DNA of 11,218 nucleotides from a virus (Duplodnaviria; Heunggongvirae; Uroviricota; Caudoviricetes): IMG/VR virus record IMGVR_UViG_2667528065_000004; one strand, 5' to 3'. Shown piece by piece: positions 1 to 7,815 of this stretch (position 1 is its first letter; each line of letters starts with the position of its first letter). The notes under the pieces were generated by a model. It saw only the letters and a program-made list of their open reading frames with translations, ran no database searches and was not told where the DNA came from. The position numbers and the translations under genes were made by a program.

Positions 1-658
1 AGTCCCCCCTCCACTCTGCGGCGGTCCGTTCTTCTGCGGTCAGGTCCCCCCCTGCTGTCCCCCACTTGCTGCCGCTCTGAATTGCAGCATCCGGTTTCAC
101 CACAGGAAGATCGTTTTCTGGTTGGTCAGAGGATTCGCCAGAATTCTCGGACGAAAAAGGTTGTATATTGTCTTTTGTTAGTTTGTCTTTTGTGTTTACC
201 TGATTCGGGTAAACGCCTTTACCTGATTTGGGTAAACTTTTTTTACCTGATTCAGGTAAATTTACCTCTTTCAGGTAAACTTTATTTTTCTTACCTGATT
301 CGGGTAATGTAGACCATTCACTGACCACATTATTAATGCCGGTATTCCGCCCGCTCTGAATAAAAATCCCACGCTTTACCAGAACACTTTTTGCAGCAGA
401 ACACTTGTGCGGCAATATCCCGGTTAATTCGGAAAGTTGCTCGTTGCTAACCCAATCCAGTTTTTTATTAAAGCCATATGTTTTGCGCATGACAGCCAGA
501 AAGACCAGAAGCTGGTGCTGTGTTAATCCGGCCAGCATCACAGCTTCCAGCAACTCATTTGCAATGCGCGTATAACCATCATCGAGATCTGCCACGCGCG
601 GCTCCTTTTGTGCCGCATCCGGCACTGGAAAATTGAATATCTCAGCAGTGTTTGCCAT
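1..658 (-). CDS. Lambda O-like replication initiator, N-terminal part (ORF runs off the window start, so it is absent from the supplied ORF track)
   Basis: Minus-strand ATG at 656-658 preceded by GGAGG. My own translation reads MANTAEIFNFPVPDAAQKEPRVADLDDGYTRIANELLEAVMLAGLTQHQLLVFLAVMRKTYGFNKKLDWVSNEQLSELTG... and stays open to position 1. It resembles lambda O N-terminus as I recall it (NVADLDDGYARL, LRKTYGWNK, SQLSEIT). The iteron array lies inside the coding sequence, as in lambda O. Confidence 0.8.
   Translation of the reverse strand, partial: MANTAEIFNFPVPDAAQKEPRVADLDDGYTRIANELLEAVMLAGLTQHQLLVFLAVMRKTYGFNKKLDWVSNEQLSELTGILPHKCSAAKSVLVKRGIFIQSGRNTGINNVVSEWSTLPESGKKNKVYLKEVNLPESGKKSLPKSGKGVYPNQVNTKDKLTKDNIQPFSSENSGESSDQPENDLPVVKPDAAIQSGSKWGTAGGDLTAEERTAAEWRGD
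196..307. repeat. Origin iterons: five 17-bp inverted-repeat sites TTACC-N7-GGTAA (196-212, 219-235, 243-259, 262-278, 291-307)
   Basis: Seen directly: ttacctgattcgggtaa, ttacctgatttgggtaa, ttacctgattcaggtaa, ttacctctttcaggtaa, ttacctgattcgggtaa, spaced 19-29 bp, embedded in the O-like ORF. This matches lambda-type ori architecture. Confidence 0.75.
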
Positions 659-744
659 AATTCCTCCCGCAATGAGTGTGTTACGATTTGCACCTGAAAG
701 TCGGTTCTGTTCCAGCAGACCGGCTTTCGCCATTTCTGAACCTG

Positions 745-1284
745 TCATATTGCCCCCAGCATGGTGGTGACCATCGCCATCAGTGGACCAGCCAGATCCG
801 GGTCCACTCGAAACATCGACACAATGCCTTCACTCATCTCCTTCAGTTTCTGGTGGCGTGGTGCGTTGAGAATGACCGCCTGCTTTGCCTCACTGAGTTC
901 CTTTTCCATTTCAGCCAGCCGAGCCATGAAGCTATCCTGCTCAACTAGGTAACCGCGATATTCCAGCGGTAGTACCGCCAGAATTGCCGGGGTCAGTTCA
1001 CGCACGTTATTTCGGTATTTTTCAGAATCGAATTTGTTATCGAGGAAGCGGAACAGCTTCTGGCGTGCACGGCTGACATCATCAGGGAAATCGATGGTGC
1101 CGCCGCCCTGCTCCCGATACTCATTCACAATGAGTGCGGCAACGACATCCTGATTATCTACAGCCGACCAGGCGCGGACGGCATCACGGATTTTTTCGTG
1201 GCCTGGAGCTTGTTTTGTTTGAGAACGATTTATCACCGCAGTCGGGCTAAATCCGCTAGTCTGTTGGTATGTAAGTGGTTGCAT
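745..1284 (-). CDS. YdaT-family protein occupying the cII position
   Basis: 179-aa ORF with AAGGAG 6 nt upstream of the ATG. Motifs EYREQGGG and PAILAVLP resemble Rac prophage YdaT as I remember it. Sits between the cro-like gene and the O-like gene. Confidence 0.6.
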   Translation of the reverse strand: MQPLTYQQTSGFSPTAVINRSQTKQAPGHEKIRDAVRAWSAVDNQDVVAALIVNEYREQGGGTIDFPDDVSRARQKLFRFLDNKFDSEKYRNNVRELTPAILAVLPLEYRGYLVEQDSFMARLAEMEKELSEAKQAVILNAPRHQKLKEMSEGIVSMFRVDPDLAGPLMAMVTTMLGAI

Positions 1285-1353
1285 AATTGACTCCTTTAGT
1301 TTGAATTGACTGTTAAGTTGATTGCTTATTGTTAAAGAGCGTGAAATGGAAAT

Positions 1354-1584
1354 TTAAGCTGCGTTCTTTTCAGTGTGTGGAAACAACTTCGGAAGATCCG
1401 GGCGAATCTGGTATGCCTTCACTACTCCACCAGTAGCCGTAACAATGCTGCCGACATGTTCAGGGGATACCTTTGCTTTGTTGTGAAGCCACTTATAGAC
1501 GGCCTGCTGTGAAACTTCGCAGGCAGCGCCTAGTTTCTTTTGTGAACCAACGATATTGATCGCTGTTTTGATGGCTGGGTTCAT
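1354..1584 (-). CDS. Cro-like HTH regulator (YdaS family)
   Basis: 76-aa ORF MNPAIKTAINIVGSQKKLGAACEVSQQAVYKWL..., GGAGG 5 nt upstream of the ATG, transcribed divergently from the repressor gene. The HTH core SQQAV-KW is typical of YdaS/Cro-type proteins. Confidence 0.75.
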   Translation of the reverse strand: MNPAIKTAINIVGSQKKLGAACEVSQQAVYKWLHNKAKVSPEHVGSIVTATGGVVKAYQIRPDLPKLFPHTEKNAA

Positions 1585-1688
1585 AACAACCTCCGTGGTT
1601 AATTTGAATCAAGATTAAAACCATGGTTGTTTTTAGTCAACAACCATTTTCGTTTGATGAAATAAAACCTTGGTTGTACATTTGGACT
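1585..1688. promoter_or_regulatory. Divergent immunity control region: candidate pR (-35 agtcaa 1635-1640, -10 agatta 1612-1617, minus strand), candidate pRM (-35 TTGATG 1654-1659, -10 TACATT 1677-1682, plus strand), with operator-like repeats
   Basis: Perfect palindrome AACCATGGTT at 1618-1627, AACCTTGGTT at 1666-1675 and a third ACAACCATTT copy between them. Both promoters have 17-bp spacers. pRM would give an almost leaderless cI transcript, as in lambda. Confidence 0.45.
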
Positions 1689-2378
1689 ATGAAAACAACA
1701 CTCTCAGAAAGACTTAAAGAAGCCAGATTAGCGCGAGGCCTTACACAAAAGGCGCTTGGGGATTTGGTCGGGGTTAGCCAAGCAGCTATTCAGAAAATCG
1801 AAACAGGGAAAGCTAACCAAACAACTAAAATCGTGGAGATCGCGAACGCTTTGGGTGTGCGCGCAGAATGGTTATCTTCTGGCGTTGGAAATATGTCAGA
1901 CAGTACAGTGCAACCAATACAAACAACTGTCAGCCATTCCAAATACTTTAAGATTGACGTTCTTGATATCGAAGTGAGTGCCGGGCCGGGAGTCATCAAC
2001 CGTGAGTTTGTAGAAGTTCTACGTTCGGTTGAGTATTCGTTTGACGATGCTCGTCACATGTTCGATGGCAGGAAGGCGGAAAATATCCGTATCATTAACG
2101 TACGCGGTGACAGCATGTCAGGAACGATCGAACCAGGTGATCTGCTGTTCGTTGATATCACGGTTAAATCTTTCGACGGTGATGGTATCTATGCGTTTCT
2201 GTACGACGACACAGCCCATGTAAAGCGTCTGCAAATGATGAAGGATAAGCTGCTGGTTATCTCTGATAACAAGAGCTACTCACCTTGGGACCCGATCGAG
2301 AAAGACGAGATGAACCGGGTGTTCATCTTCGGTAAGGTTATTGGGAGCATGCCGCAGACGTATAGGAAGCATGGGTAG
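1689..2378 (+). CDS. CI-like prophage repressor (N-terminal XRE HTH, C-terminal LexA/S24 autopeptidase domain)
   Basis: HTH LTQKALGDLVGVSQAAIQKIETGK and S24 motifs VRGDSMSGTIEPGDLLFVD and VKRL. Start at 1689 (MKTTLSERLKEA) preferred over the upstream ATG at 1623 because HTH repressors normally begin just before the HTH. Confidence 0.85.
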   Translation: MKTTLSERLKEARLARGLTQKALGDLVGVSQAAIQKIETGKANQTTKIVEIANALGVRAEWLSSGVGNMSDSTVQPIQTTVSHSKYFKIDVLDIEVSAGPGVINREFVEVLRSVEYSFDDARHMFDGRKAENIRIINVRGDSMSGTIEPGDLLFVDITVKSFDGDGIYAFLYDDTAHVKRLQMMKDKLLVISDNKSYSPWDPIEKDEMNRVFIFGKVIGSMPQTYRKHG

Positions 2379-2439
2379 CCATACAATAGAAGTTTTAAGA
2401 TTTAAGACAATATCGTAAATTAACTGTATATGTGATCAG

Positions 2440-3393
2440 GTGAATGCCATAATGGATGCGGGCAACAATTCGGAAACCAATGATATGAAGTTCAGGATAG
2501 TATACGACGGTCCGGCACTGGAAACGCATGAAATGAACGTGCGAGACCTTGCTCCTGCCCTTCTATCACTATCAGATGCATTAGAGGAAGCCGGTAAAAC
2601 TCTCTACGGAAACAAGACTGTTGTTTCTGTAAAAGTCAATGCATCATTTAAAGCTGGCTCATTTGGAATAGATCTGGTTGCCTCATCTACATCTTGGTTC
2701 AAACAGGCTGTTGATTTTTTATCCGGCGATTCAGCAACAGCCGCTGCGAATTTGATTGCTTTTATTGGACTCTGTCCTGGTTCTAAAGAAAAAATATGCA
2801 AAGGCCTAATTCAACTGATAAAATGGATAGGTCCAAGGAAAATAAAAAAATTACACAATTTGCCTGATAGCAACATCGAAGTCTTTGTTGATGACGAAAG
2901 CGAGATCTACGACAGTAACGTTATTGAACTTTATAAAAATATTAAACTTCGCTCTTCATTACAAGAAGTTATAAGTAAGCCATTAGAGCAGGAAGGCATT
3001 GACAGCTTTGCCTCTACTGTCGATGATGGTTTGACATTCATGACGATCAACAAGCAAGAAGCACATTATTTCAAAGTCAATCTACCAGCAGAATCAATAA
3101 TTTCAGAGTACACAGTAGAGAAAGCCCTTCAAATTAAAAATATTTCCTTCAATGAAGGAAGCCGGTGGCGGTTTTCTGATGGTGCCAGTAGCTTTTTGGC
3201 TGAAATAAAAGACCAGAAATTCATCAGCGATATTGATAACAACACCTTAAATTTTTCTAAAGGTGATATGTTACTTGTAGATTTAAAAGTAACTCAATAT
3301 ATGATCGGAGATGCCATAAAAACCATATTCGAAATTGAGCATGTAAAAAAACAGTTGAATCCTCAAAGGCAAATAGATCTTCCATTCGAATAA
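2440..3393 (+). CDS. Hypothetical protein, AT-rich accessory gene in the rexAB position downstream of cI; function unknown
   Basis: Intact 317-aa ORF starting 61 bp after the cI stop on the same strand and followed by a terminator. Visibly lower GC than neighbours. No Walker A, HTH or nuclease motif that I can recognise. Start could be 2440 or 2452. Confidence 0.7.
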   Translation: MNAIMDAGNNSETNDMKFRIVYDGPALETHEMNVRDLAPALLSLSDALEEAGKTLYGNKTVVSVKVNASFKAGSFGIDLVASSTSWFKQAVDFLSGDSATAAANLIAFIGLCPGSKEKICKGLIQLIKWIGPRKIKKLHNLPDSNIEVFVDDESEIYDSNVIELYKNIKLRSSLQEVISKPLEQEGIDSFASTVDDGLTFMTINKQEAHYFKVNLPAESIISEYTVEKALQIKNISFNEGSRWRFSDGASSFLAEIKDQKFISDIDNNTLNFSKGDMLLVDLKVTQYMIGDAIKTIFEIEHVKKQLNPQRQIDLPFE

Positions 3394-3397
3394 AGAT

Positions 3398-3425
3398 ACC
3401 CGGCCACCGTGCCGGGTTTTCTTTT
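3398..3425 (+). terminator. Rho-independent terminator ending the cI operon
   Basis: Stem cccggc (3399-3404) / gccggg (3411-3416), loop caccgt, followed by ttttctttt. Confidence 0.6.
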
Positions 3426-3568
3426 ATCCCCTCCCCTCATCACGTATACCGTTCAAAAAACCACCACAATCTCCCTTCAGTTATCGCTATGCGATGCAAG
3501 TCACAAAATAAACCCATCCTAAATACAACCAGTTACATCTAAAACAACCAATAAAACAACTTTTGTTG

Positions 3569-3597
3569 TTGACAACAAAACAACTATAGTTTTAAAT
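3569..3597 (+). promoter_or_regulatory. Candidate pL-like early promoter (-35 TTGACA 3569-3574, 17-bp spacer, -10 TTAAAT 3592-3597) with operator-like ACAACCA motifs upstream
   Basis: Consensus -35 with 17-bp spacing. ACAACCAGTT (about 3524-3533) and ACAACCAATA (about 3545-3554) share the ACAACCA half-site with the cro/cI intergenic region. Imperfect palindrome ttttgttgttgacaacaaaa overlaps the -35. Confidence 0.4.
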
Positions 3598-3874
3598 AAA
3601 TTCATCGCAACAACACAACGATACGGCAACCACCTGATTCACCGTTGCGATGACCGCTTAGGTCCGCAGCTTGAATTTCAGCAGGCTTCGGGAAGTGCGA
3701 GGGGTGAAGCGGACGCGTGAACGTCGGTGTGACCAGCTGAAATCAACTCAACACTTCATACCTCAGTCGTTTCAACGAGGCGGCTTAGTTATGACAACCG
3801 GCGGCCATCCACCGCCTGAATACGCGCAGAAGTCTCTATATGTTCAGCAGCCCAGCTTACGGGCAGGAGTTTTT

Positions 3875-4081
3875 ATGGTTCATCAACATTACGGAACGCA
3901 GACCGTTAATCGAGGTGCGGTCATGCCAGGAATGCTGGTCAAACACAAAGATGGTACCTGGACTGCATCAGCTAATTTACGCGGACGGCTTTATCTGCAT
4001 CGCGGCATCGAGCGCACTTATACCCGTGATTTGCTCGTGGAAGTTTTTCTCGACGGGCGCGGCAACGGCCTGAATCACTAA
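3875..4081 (+). CDS. Hypothetical early protein upstream of gam (start uncertain: 3875 with strong RBS, 3791 ATG, or 3671 TTG)
   Basis: AGGAG 5 nt upstream of ATG 3875. The same frame is open back to TTG 3671, giving an Arg-rich N-terminal extension (RLREVRGVKRTRERR). Position matches the kil/cIII/N region of lambda but the sequence is not recognisably any of those. Confidence 0.45.
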   Translation: MVHQHYGTQTVNRGAVMPGMLVKHKDGTWTASANLRGRLYLHRGIERTYTRDLLVEVFLDGRGNGLNH

Positions 4082-4156
4082 TCCCCTTTCCTGTTTTCCT
4101 AATCAGCCCGGCATTTCGCGGGCGATATTTTCACAGCCATTTTCAGGAGTTCAGCC

Positions 4157-4453
4157 ATGAACGCTTATTACATTCAGGATCGTCTTGAGGCTCAAAGCTG
4201 GGCGCGTCACTACCAGCAGATCGCCCGTGAAGAGAAAGAGGCAGAACTGGCAGACGACATGGAAAAAGGTCTTCCACAGCACCTGTTTGAATCACTCTGC
4301 ATCGATCATTTGCAACGCTGCGGGGCCAGCAAAAAAGCCATTACCCGTGCGTTTGATGACGATGTTGAGTTTCAGGAGCGCATGGCAGAACACATCCGGT
4401 ACATGGTTGAAACCATTGCTCACCACCATGTTGATATTGATTCAGAGGTATAA
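4157..4453 (+). CDS. gam: Gam, host RecBCD inhibitor (98-aa short form)
   Basis: Translation [54 protein letters not shown]...VDIDSEV is essentially lambda Gam as I recall it. GGAG upstream. An in-frame TAA upstream excludes the long form here. Confidence 0.9.
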   Translation: MNAYYIQDRLEAQSWARHYQQIAREEKEAELADDMEKGLPQHLFESLCIDHLQRCGASKKAITRAFDDDVEFQERMAEHIRYMVETIAHHHVDIDSEV

Positions 4454-4458
4454 AACGG

Positions 4459-5244
4459 ATGAGTACAGCACTCGCAACGCTAGCCGGGAAGCTGGCTGAA
4501 CGTGTCGGCATGGATTCTGTCGACCCACAGGAACTGATCACCACTCTTCGTCAGACGGCATTTAAAGGTGATGCCAGCGATGCGCAGTTCATCGCATTGC
4601 TGATCGTCGCCAACCAGTACGGCCTTAATCCGTGGACGAAAGAAATTTACGCCTTCCCTGATAAGCAGAACGGCATCGTTCCTGTGGTGGGCGTTGATGG
4701 CTGGTCCCGCATCATTAATGAAAACCAGCAGTTTGATGGCATGGACTTTGAGCAGGACAATGAATCATGTACATGCCGGATTTACCGCAAGGACCGTAAT
4801 CATCCGATCTGCGTTACCGAGTGGATGGATGAATGCCGCCGCGAACCATTCAAAACCCGCGAAGGCAGAGAAATCACGGGACCGTGGCAGTCGCATCCCA
4901 AACGAATGTTACGGCATAAAGCTATGATTCAGTGTGCCCGTCTGGCCTTCGGATTTGCTGGTATCTATGACAAGGATGAAGCCGAGCGCATTGTCGAAAA
5001 TACCGCATACACTGCAGAACGTCAGCCGGAACGCGACATCACTCCGGTTAACGATGAAAGCATGCAGGAGATTAACACTCTGCTGATCGCCCTGGATAAA
5101 ACATGGGATGACGACTTATTGCCGCTCTGTTCCCAGATATTTCGCCGCGACATTCGCGCATCGTCAGAACTGACACAGGCCGAAGCAGTAAAAGCTCTTG
5201 GATTCCTGAAACAGAAAGCCGCAGAGCAGAAGGTGGCAGCATGA
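4459..5244 (+). CDS. bet: Bet (Red-beta) single-strand annealing recombinase
   Basis: 261-aa translation [72 protein letters not shown]... is near-identical to lambda Bet from memory. Confidence 0.95.
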   Translation: MSTALATLAGKLAERVGMDSVDPQELITTLRQTAFKGDASDAQFIALLIVANQYGLNPWTKEIYAFPDKQNGIVPVVGVDGWSRIINENQQFDGMDFEQDNESCTCRIYRKDRNHPICVTEWMDECRREPFKTREGREITGPWQSHPKRMLRHKAMIQCARLAFGFAGIYDKDEAERIVENTAYTAERQPERDITPVNDESMQEINTLLIALDKTWDDDLLPLCSQIFRRDIRASSELTQAEAVKALGFLKQKAAEQKVAA

Positions 5245-5921
5245 CACCGGACATTATCCTGCAGCGTACCGGGATCGACGTGAGAGCTGTCGAACAGGGG
5301 GATGATGCGTGGCACAAATTACGGCTCGGCGTCATCACAGCTTCAGAAGTTCAGAACGTAATAGCAAAACCCCGCTCCGGAAAAAAGTGGCCTGACATGA
5401 AAATGTCCTACTTCCACACCCTGCTTGCTGAGGTTTGCACCGGTGTGGCTCCGGAAGTTAACGCTAAAGCGCTGGCCTGGGGAAAACAGTACGAGAACGA
5501 CGCCAGAGCCCTGTTTGAGTTCACTTCCGGCGTGAATGTTACTGAATCACCGATCATCTATCGCGACGAAAGTATGCGTACCGCCTGCTCTCCAGATGGT
5601 TTATGCAGTGACGGCAACGGCCTTGAACTGAAATGCCCGTTTACCTCCCGGGATTTCATGAAGTTCCGGCTCGGTGGTTTCGAGGCCATAAAGTCAGCTT
5701 ACATGGCCCAGGTGCAGTACAGCATGTGGGTGACGCGAAAAGATGCCTGGTACTTTGCCAACTATGACCCGCGTATGAAGCGTGAAGGACTGCATTATGT
5801 CGTGGTTGAGCGGGATGAAAAGTACATGGCGAGTTTTGACGAGATGGTGCCGGAGTTCATCGAAAAAATGGACGAGGCACTGGCTGAAATTGGTTTTGTA
5901 TTTGGGGAGCAATGGCGATGA
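5241..5921 (+). CDS. exo: Exo (lambda exonuclease, Red-alpha)
   Basis: 226-aa translation [37 protein letters not shown]...GFVFGEQWR is near-identical to lambda Exo from memory. ATGA overlap with the bet stop. Confidence 0.95.
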   Translation: MTPDIILQRTGIDVRAVEQGDDAWHKLRLGVITASEVQNVIAKPRSGKKWPDMKMSYFHTLLAEVCTGVAPEVNAKALAWGKQYENDARALFEFTSGVNVTESPIIYRDESMRTACSPDGLCSDGNGLELKCPFTSRDFMKFRLGGFEAIKSAYMAQVQYSMWVTRKDAWYFANYDPRMKREGLHYVVVERDEKYMASFDEMVPEFIEKMDEALAEIGFVFGEQWR

Positions 5922-6076
5922 AGCATCCTCACGATAATATCCGGGTAGGTGCGATCACTTTCGTCTACTCCGTTACAAAGCGAGGCTGGGTATTTCCCGG
6001 GCCTTCTGTTATCCGAAATCCGCTGAAAGCCCAGCGACTGGCTGAGGAGATAAATAATAAACGGGAGAGTGTATGA
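5918..6076 (+). CDS. orf60a-like small protein (52 aa), not in the supplied ORF track
   Basis: ATG at 5918 overlaps the exo stop. Translation [52 protein letters not shown] resembles lambda orf60a as I remember it. Its stop overlaps the next ATG (ATGA at 6073-6076). Confidence 0.5.
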   Translation: MKHPHDNIRVGAITFVYSVTKRGWVFPGPSVIRNPLKAQRLAEEINNKRESV

Positions 6077-6825
6077 TTCATTTTCACGGTGGTCCAATAA
6101 CTCCCGATACCTGTGCGTTGAAAGCCTGGAAAGGCAGACACGCATTCATCAGTTTTGCTAATCCAGCTCAGATTGATCTGGCTTCCGAAGTCACCCAATC
6201 ATTTGCTCTTGATAATGGTGCATTCACATTCTGGACAAAAAACAAGGCCGTAGACTGGAATGAATATTACAGATTTGTTGAACGCTGGGGTAATCACCCT
6301 CGTTTCTCATTCGCGGTTATCCCGGATGTTATCGGCGGAACCAGTGAAGAGAATGACGCCCTGATTGCGGCATGGCCTCACGGTAAATTTATTGGTGCTC
6401 CGGTGTGGCACATGAACGAACCAGATGAGCGATTTATTCGTCTGTGCCATGAGTTTCCCCGCGTCTGCATCGGCTCGATGGGGGAATACGATGCAAAACG
6501 ACCGAGAGCGTGTCGGGCTAAACTACGCGATCTTATACGTCATGTTGTAGATCAGTACGGCTACCCAATCACCAAGATTCATGGGTTACGGATGTTAAAT
6601 AAAGACATTTTTACTCATGTACCGCTTTCGTCTGCAGACAGCACGAACGTCGCAAGAAATATAGGCATCGACAAATCCTGGGTAGGTTCGCCATATGCTC
6701 CCGCAAGTAAAGAAACCCGTACGCAAGTTCTTGTGGAACGCATTGAATCATTCAACAGTGCCAGTTCACTTAATTACAACGCTGAACGGGACGTCTTTAC
6801 CCCTCAGTTGGCATTCGAAGTGTGA
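6073..6825 (+). CDS. Minimal TGT-fold protein, DpdA-like (putative DNA-guanine transglycosylase for 7-deazaguanine modification)
   Basis: 250-aa ORF, GGGAGAG upstream. Motifs collinear with E. coli Tgt as I recall it: FALDNGAFTF vs LTDSGGFQVF, AVIPDV vs MIFDEC, RVCIGSMGEY vs GYAVGGLAVGE, ITKIHGLRML vs PRYLMGVGKP, SADSTNVARNIG vs FDCVMPTRNARNG. No Cys-rich zinc subdomain. The CDS call is firm; the family assignment is inference at about 0.5. Confidence 0.6.
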   Translation: MIHFHGGPITPDTCALKAWKGRHAFISFANPAQIDLASEVTQSFALDNGAFTFWTKNKAVDWNEYYRFVERWGNHPRFSFAVIPDVIGGTSEENDALIAAWPHGKFIGAPVWHMNEPDERFIRLCHEFPRVCIGSMGEYDAKRPRACRAKLRDLIRHVVDQYGYPITKIHGLRMLNKDIFTHVPLSSADSTNVARNIGIDKSWVGSPYAPASKETRTQVLVERIESFNSASSLNYNAERDVFTPQLAFEV

Positions 6826-6833
6826 GGCCAATA

Positions 6834-7048
6834 TGACAACAGAACATAATAACGCCCTTCGCAGCATTGCCCGTCAGGCTAATTGTGAAATCAAAAAAGC
6901 CAGACAGCAGTTTCCGGATAAAAACGTCGATGACATTTGCCGTAGCGTACTGAAGAAGCACCGCGAAACGGTAACGCTGATGGGATTCACACCGACTCAT
7001 TTAAGCCTAGCGATCGGCATGTTAAACGGCGTTTTTAAGGAACGGTGA
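6834..7048 (+). CDS. Hypothetical small protein (71 aa)
   Basis: ATG at 6834 with GAGG 7 nt upstream, immediately after the DpdA-like gene. Translation MTTEHNNALRSIARQANCEIKKARQQFPDKNVDD... has no recognised motif. Confidence 0.55.
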
Positions 7049-7146
7049 ACATGAAAAGCAAAATCATCAGGGAGCTACAGGCTCCTTTTCTATTATTCGC
7101 ATTCACCCTCAAGCGTATTAACCAACAATTCAGGGATTAATGGAAG

Positions 7147-7365
7147 ATGGCAGACATCATTGATTCAGCATCAGAAATTGAAGAATTACAGCGCAACACA
7201 GCAATAAAAATGCGCCGCCTGAACCACCAGGCTATATCTGCCACTCATTGTTGTGAGTGTGGCGATCCCATAGATGAGCGAAGACGCCTGGCCGTTCAGG
7301 GTTGTCGGACTTGTGCAAGTTGCCAGGAGGAGATCGAACTTAAGAACAAACAATGGGGATTGTAA
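7147..7365 (+). CDS. TraR/DksA-family C4 zinc-finger protein
   Basis: 72-aa ORF with CxxC-N17-CxxC (CCECGDPIDERRRLAVQGCRTCASCQ), typical of the phage TraR/DksA C4-type family. Confidence 0.8.
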   Translation: MADIIDSASEIEELQRNTAIKMRRLNHQAISATHCCECGDPIDERRRLAVQGCRTCASCQEEIELKNKQWGL

Positions 7366-7412
7366 TGGCCTCAAAGCAGCAAATTTCAACATCGTCCAAC
7401 TGAGGTGTAAAA

Positions 7413-7652
7413 ATGCCCAGAATCATTTTTCCTAACACCTGGTACGTCGACCACCACGGCACTCCCTGCAAAATCCTGCGTTCTACCCACAACAAAGTTC
7501 ACTACATCCAAAAAGGCAGAACATGTATCGCCAGCATGTTCCGCTTTAATCATGACTTTGAACCTGTGAATAAAGCTGATGCAGATCGGATAGCCGAAGA
7601 GATCGATACAGCAGAACACATTAAGAAGTTACGTGCCATACGCAGGAAATAG
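7413..7652 (+). CDS. Hypothetical protein (79 aa)
   Basis: GAGGTG 7 nt upstream of the ATG. Small basic protein in the int-proximal accessory region. No motif recognised. Confidence 0.6.
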   Translation: MPRIIFPNTWYVDHHGTPCKILRSTHNKVHYIQKGRTCIASMFRFNHDFEPVNKADADRIAEEIDTAEHIKKLRAIRRK

Positions 7653-7725
7653 AAAAATTGATAAATTCAATACTGCATTTCTCAGCATTAAATTTATCTC
7701 TATGACCAGTCAAGAGATGTACCTG

Positions 7726-7772
7726 CCATGAGCTTAATATCATTGTCAGCCATGAGCTTAATATCATGTCAG
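7726..7772. repeat. Near-perfect 24-bp tandem duplication upstream of xis (ccatgagcttaatatcattgtcag x2, second copy lacks one t)
   Basis: Seen directly at 7726-7749 and 7750-7772. Confidence 0.8.
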
Positions 7773-7815
7773 ATATATCGGTCACAAACTCCCTCAGCAG
7801 CTAAGAGGAGGACAA

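Noticed and set aside
196-307. Possible CRISPR array (regularly spaced repeats)
   Set aside because: Repeats are 17-bp palindromes separated by only 2-12 bp, with no unique spacers of CRISPR length and no cas genes. They fit replication-origin iterons inside an O-like gene.
82-312. Plus-strand 76-aa ORF overlapping the repeat array
   Set aside because: It reads through the iterons, giving a low-complexity repetitive peptide, and is antisense to the well-supported O-like gene on the minus strand.
676-952. Plus-strand ORFs 676..948 and 761..952
   Set aside because: Antisense to the YdaT-like gene and the O-ydaT junction, with no RBS and no recognisable protein features.
1623-2378. Longer 251-aa version of the repressor starting at ATG 1623
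   Set aside because: It adds 22 residues before the HTH and overlaps the operator/promoter region. The start at 1689, immediately before the HTH, fits the CI-type architecture.
4185-4499. Alternative-frame 104-aa ORF inside gam and other internal ORFs (1756..1977, 1790..1999, 4694..4927, 5022..5338)
   Set aside because: They lie inside or antisense to genes whose translations closely match well-known phage proteins (CI-like, Gam, Bet, Exo).
7051-7140. 29-aa ORF (MKSKIIRELQAPFLLFAFTLKRINQQFRD) between the 71-aa ORF and the TraR-like gene
   Set aside because: Too short and without a convincing RBS to call with confidence, although it may be a real small peptide.
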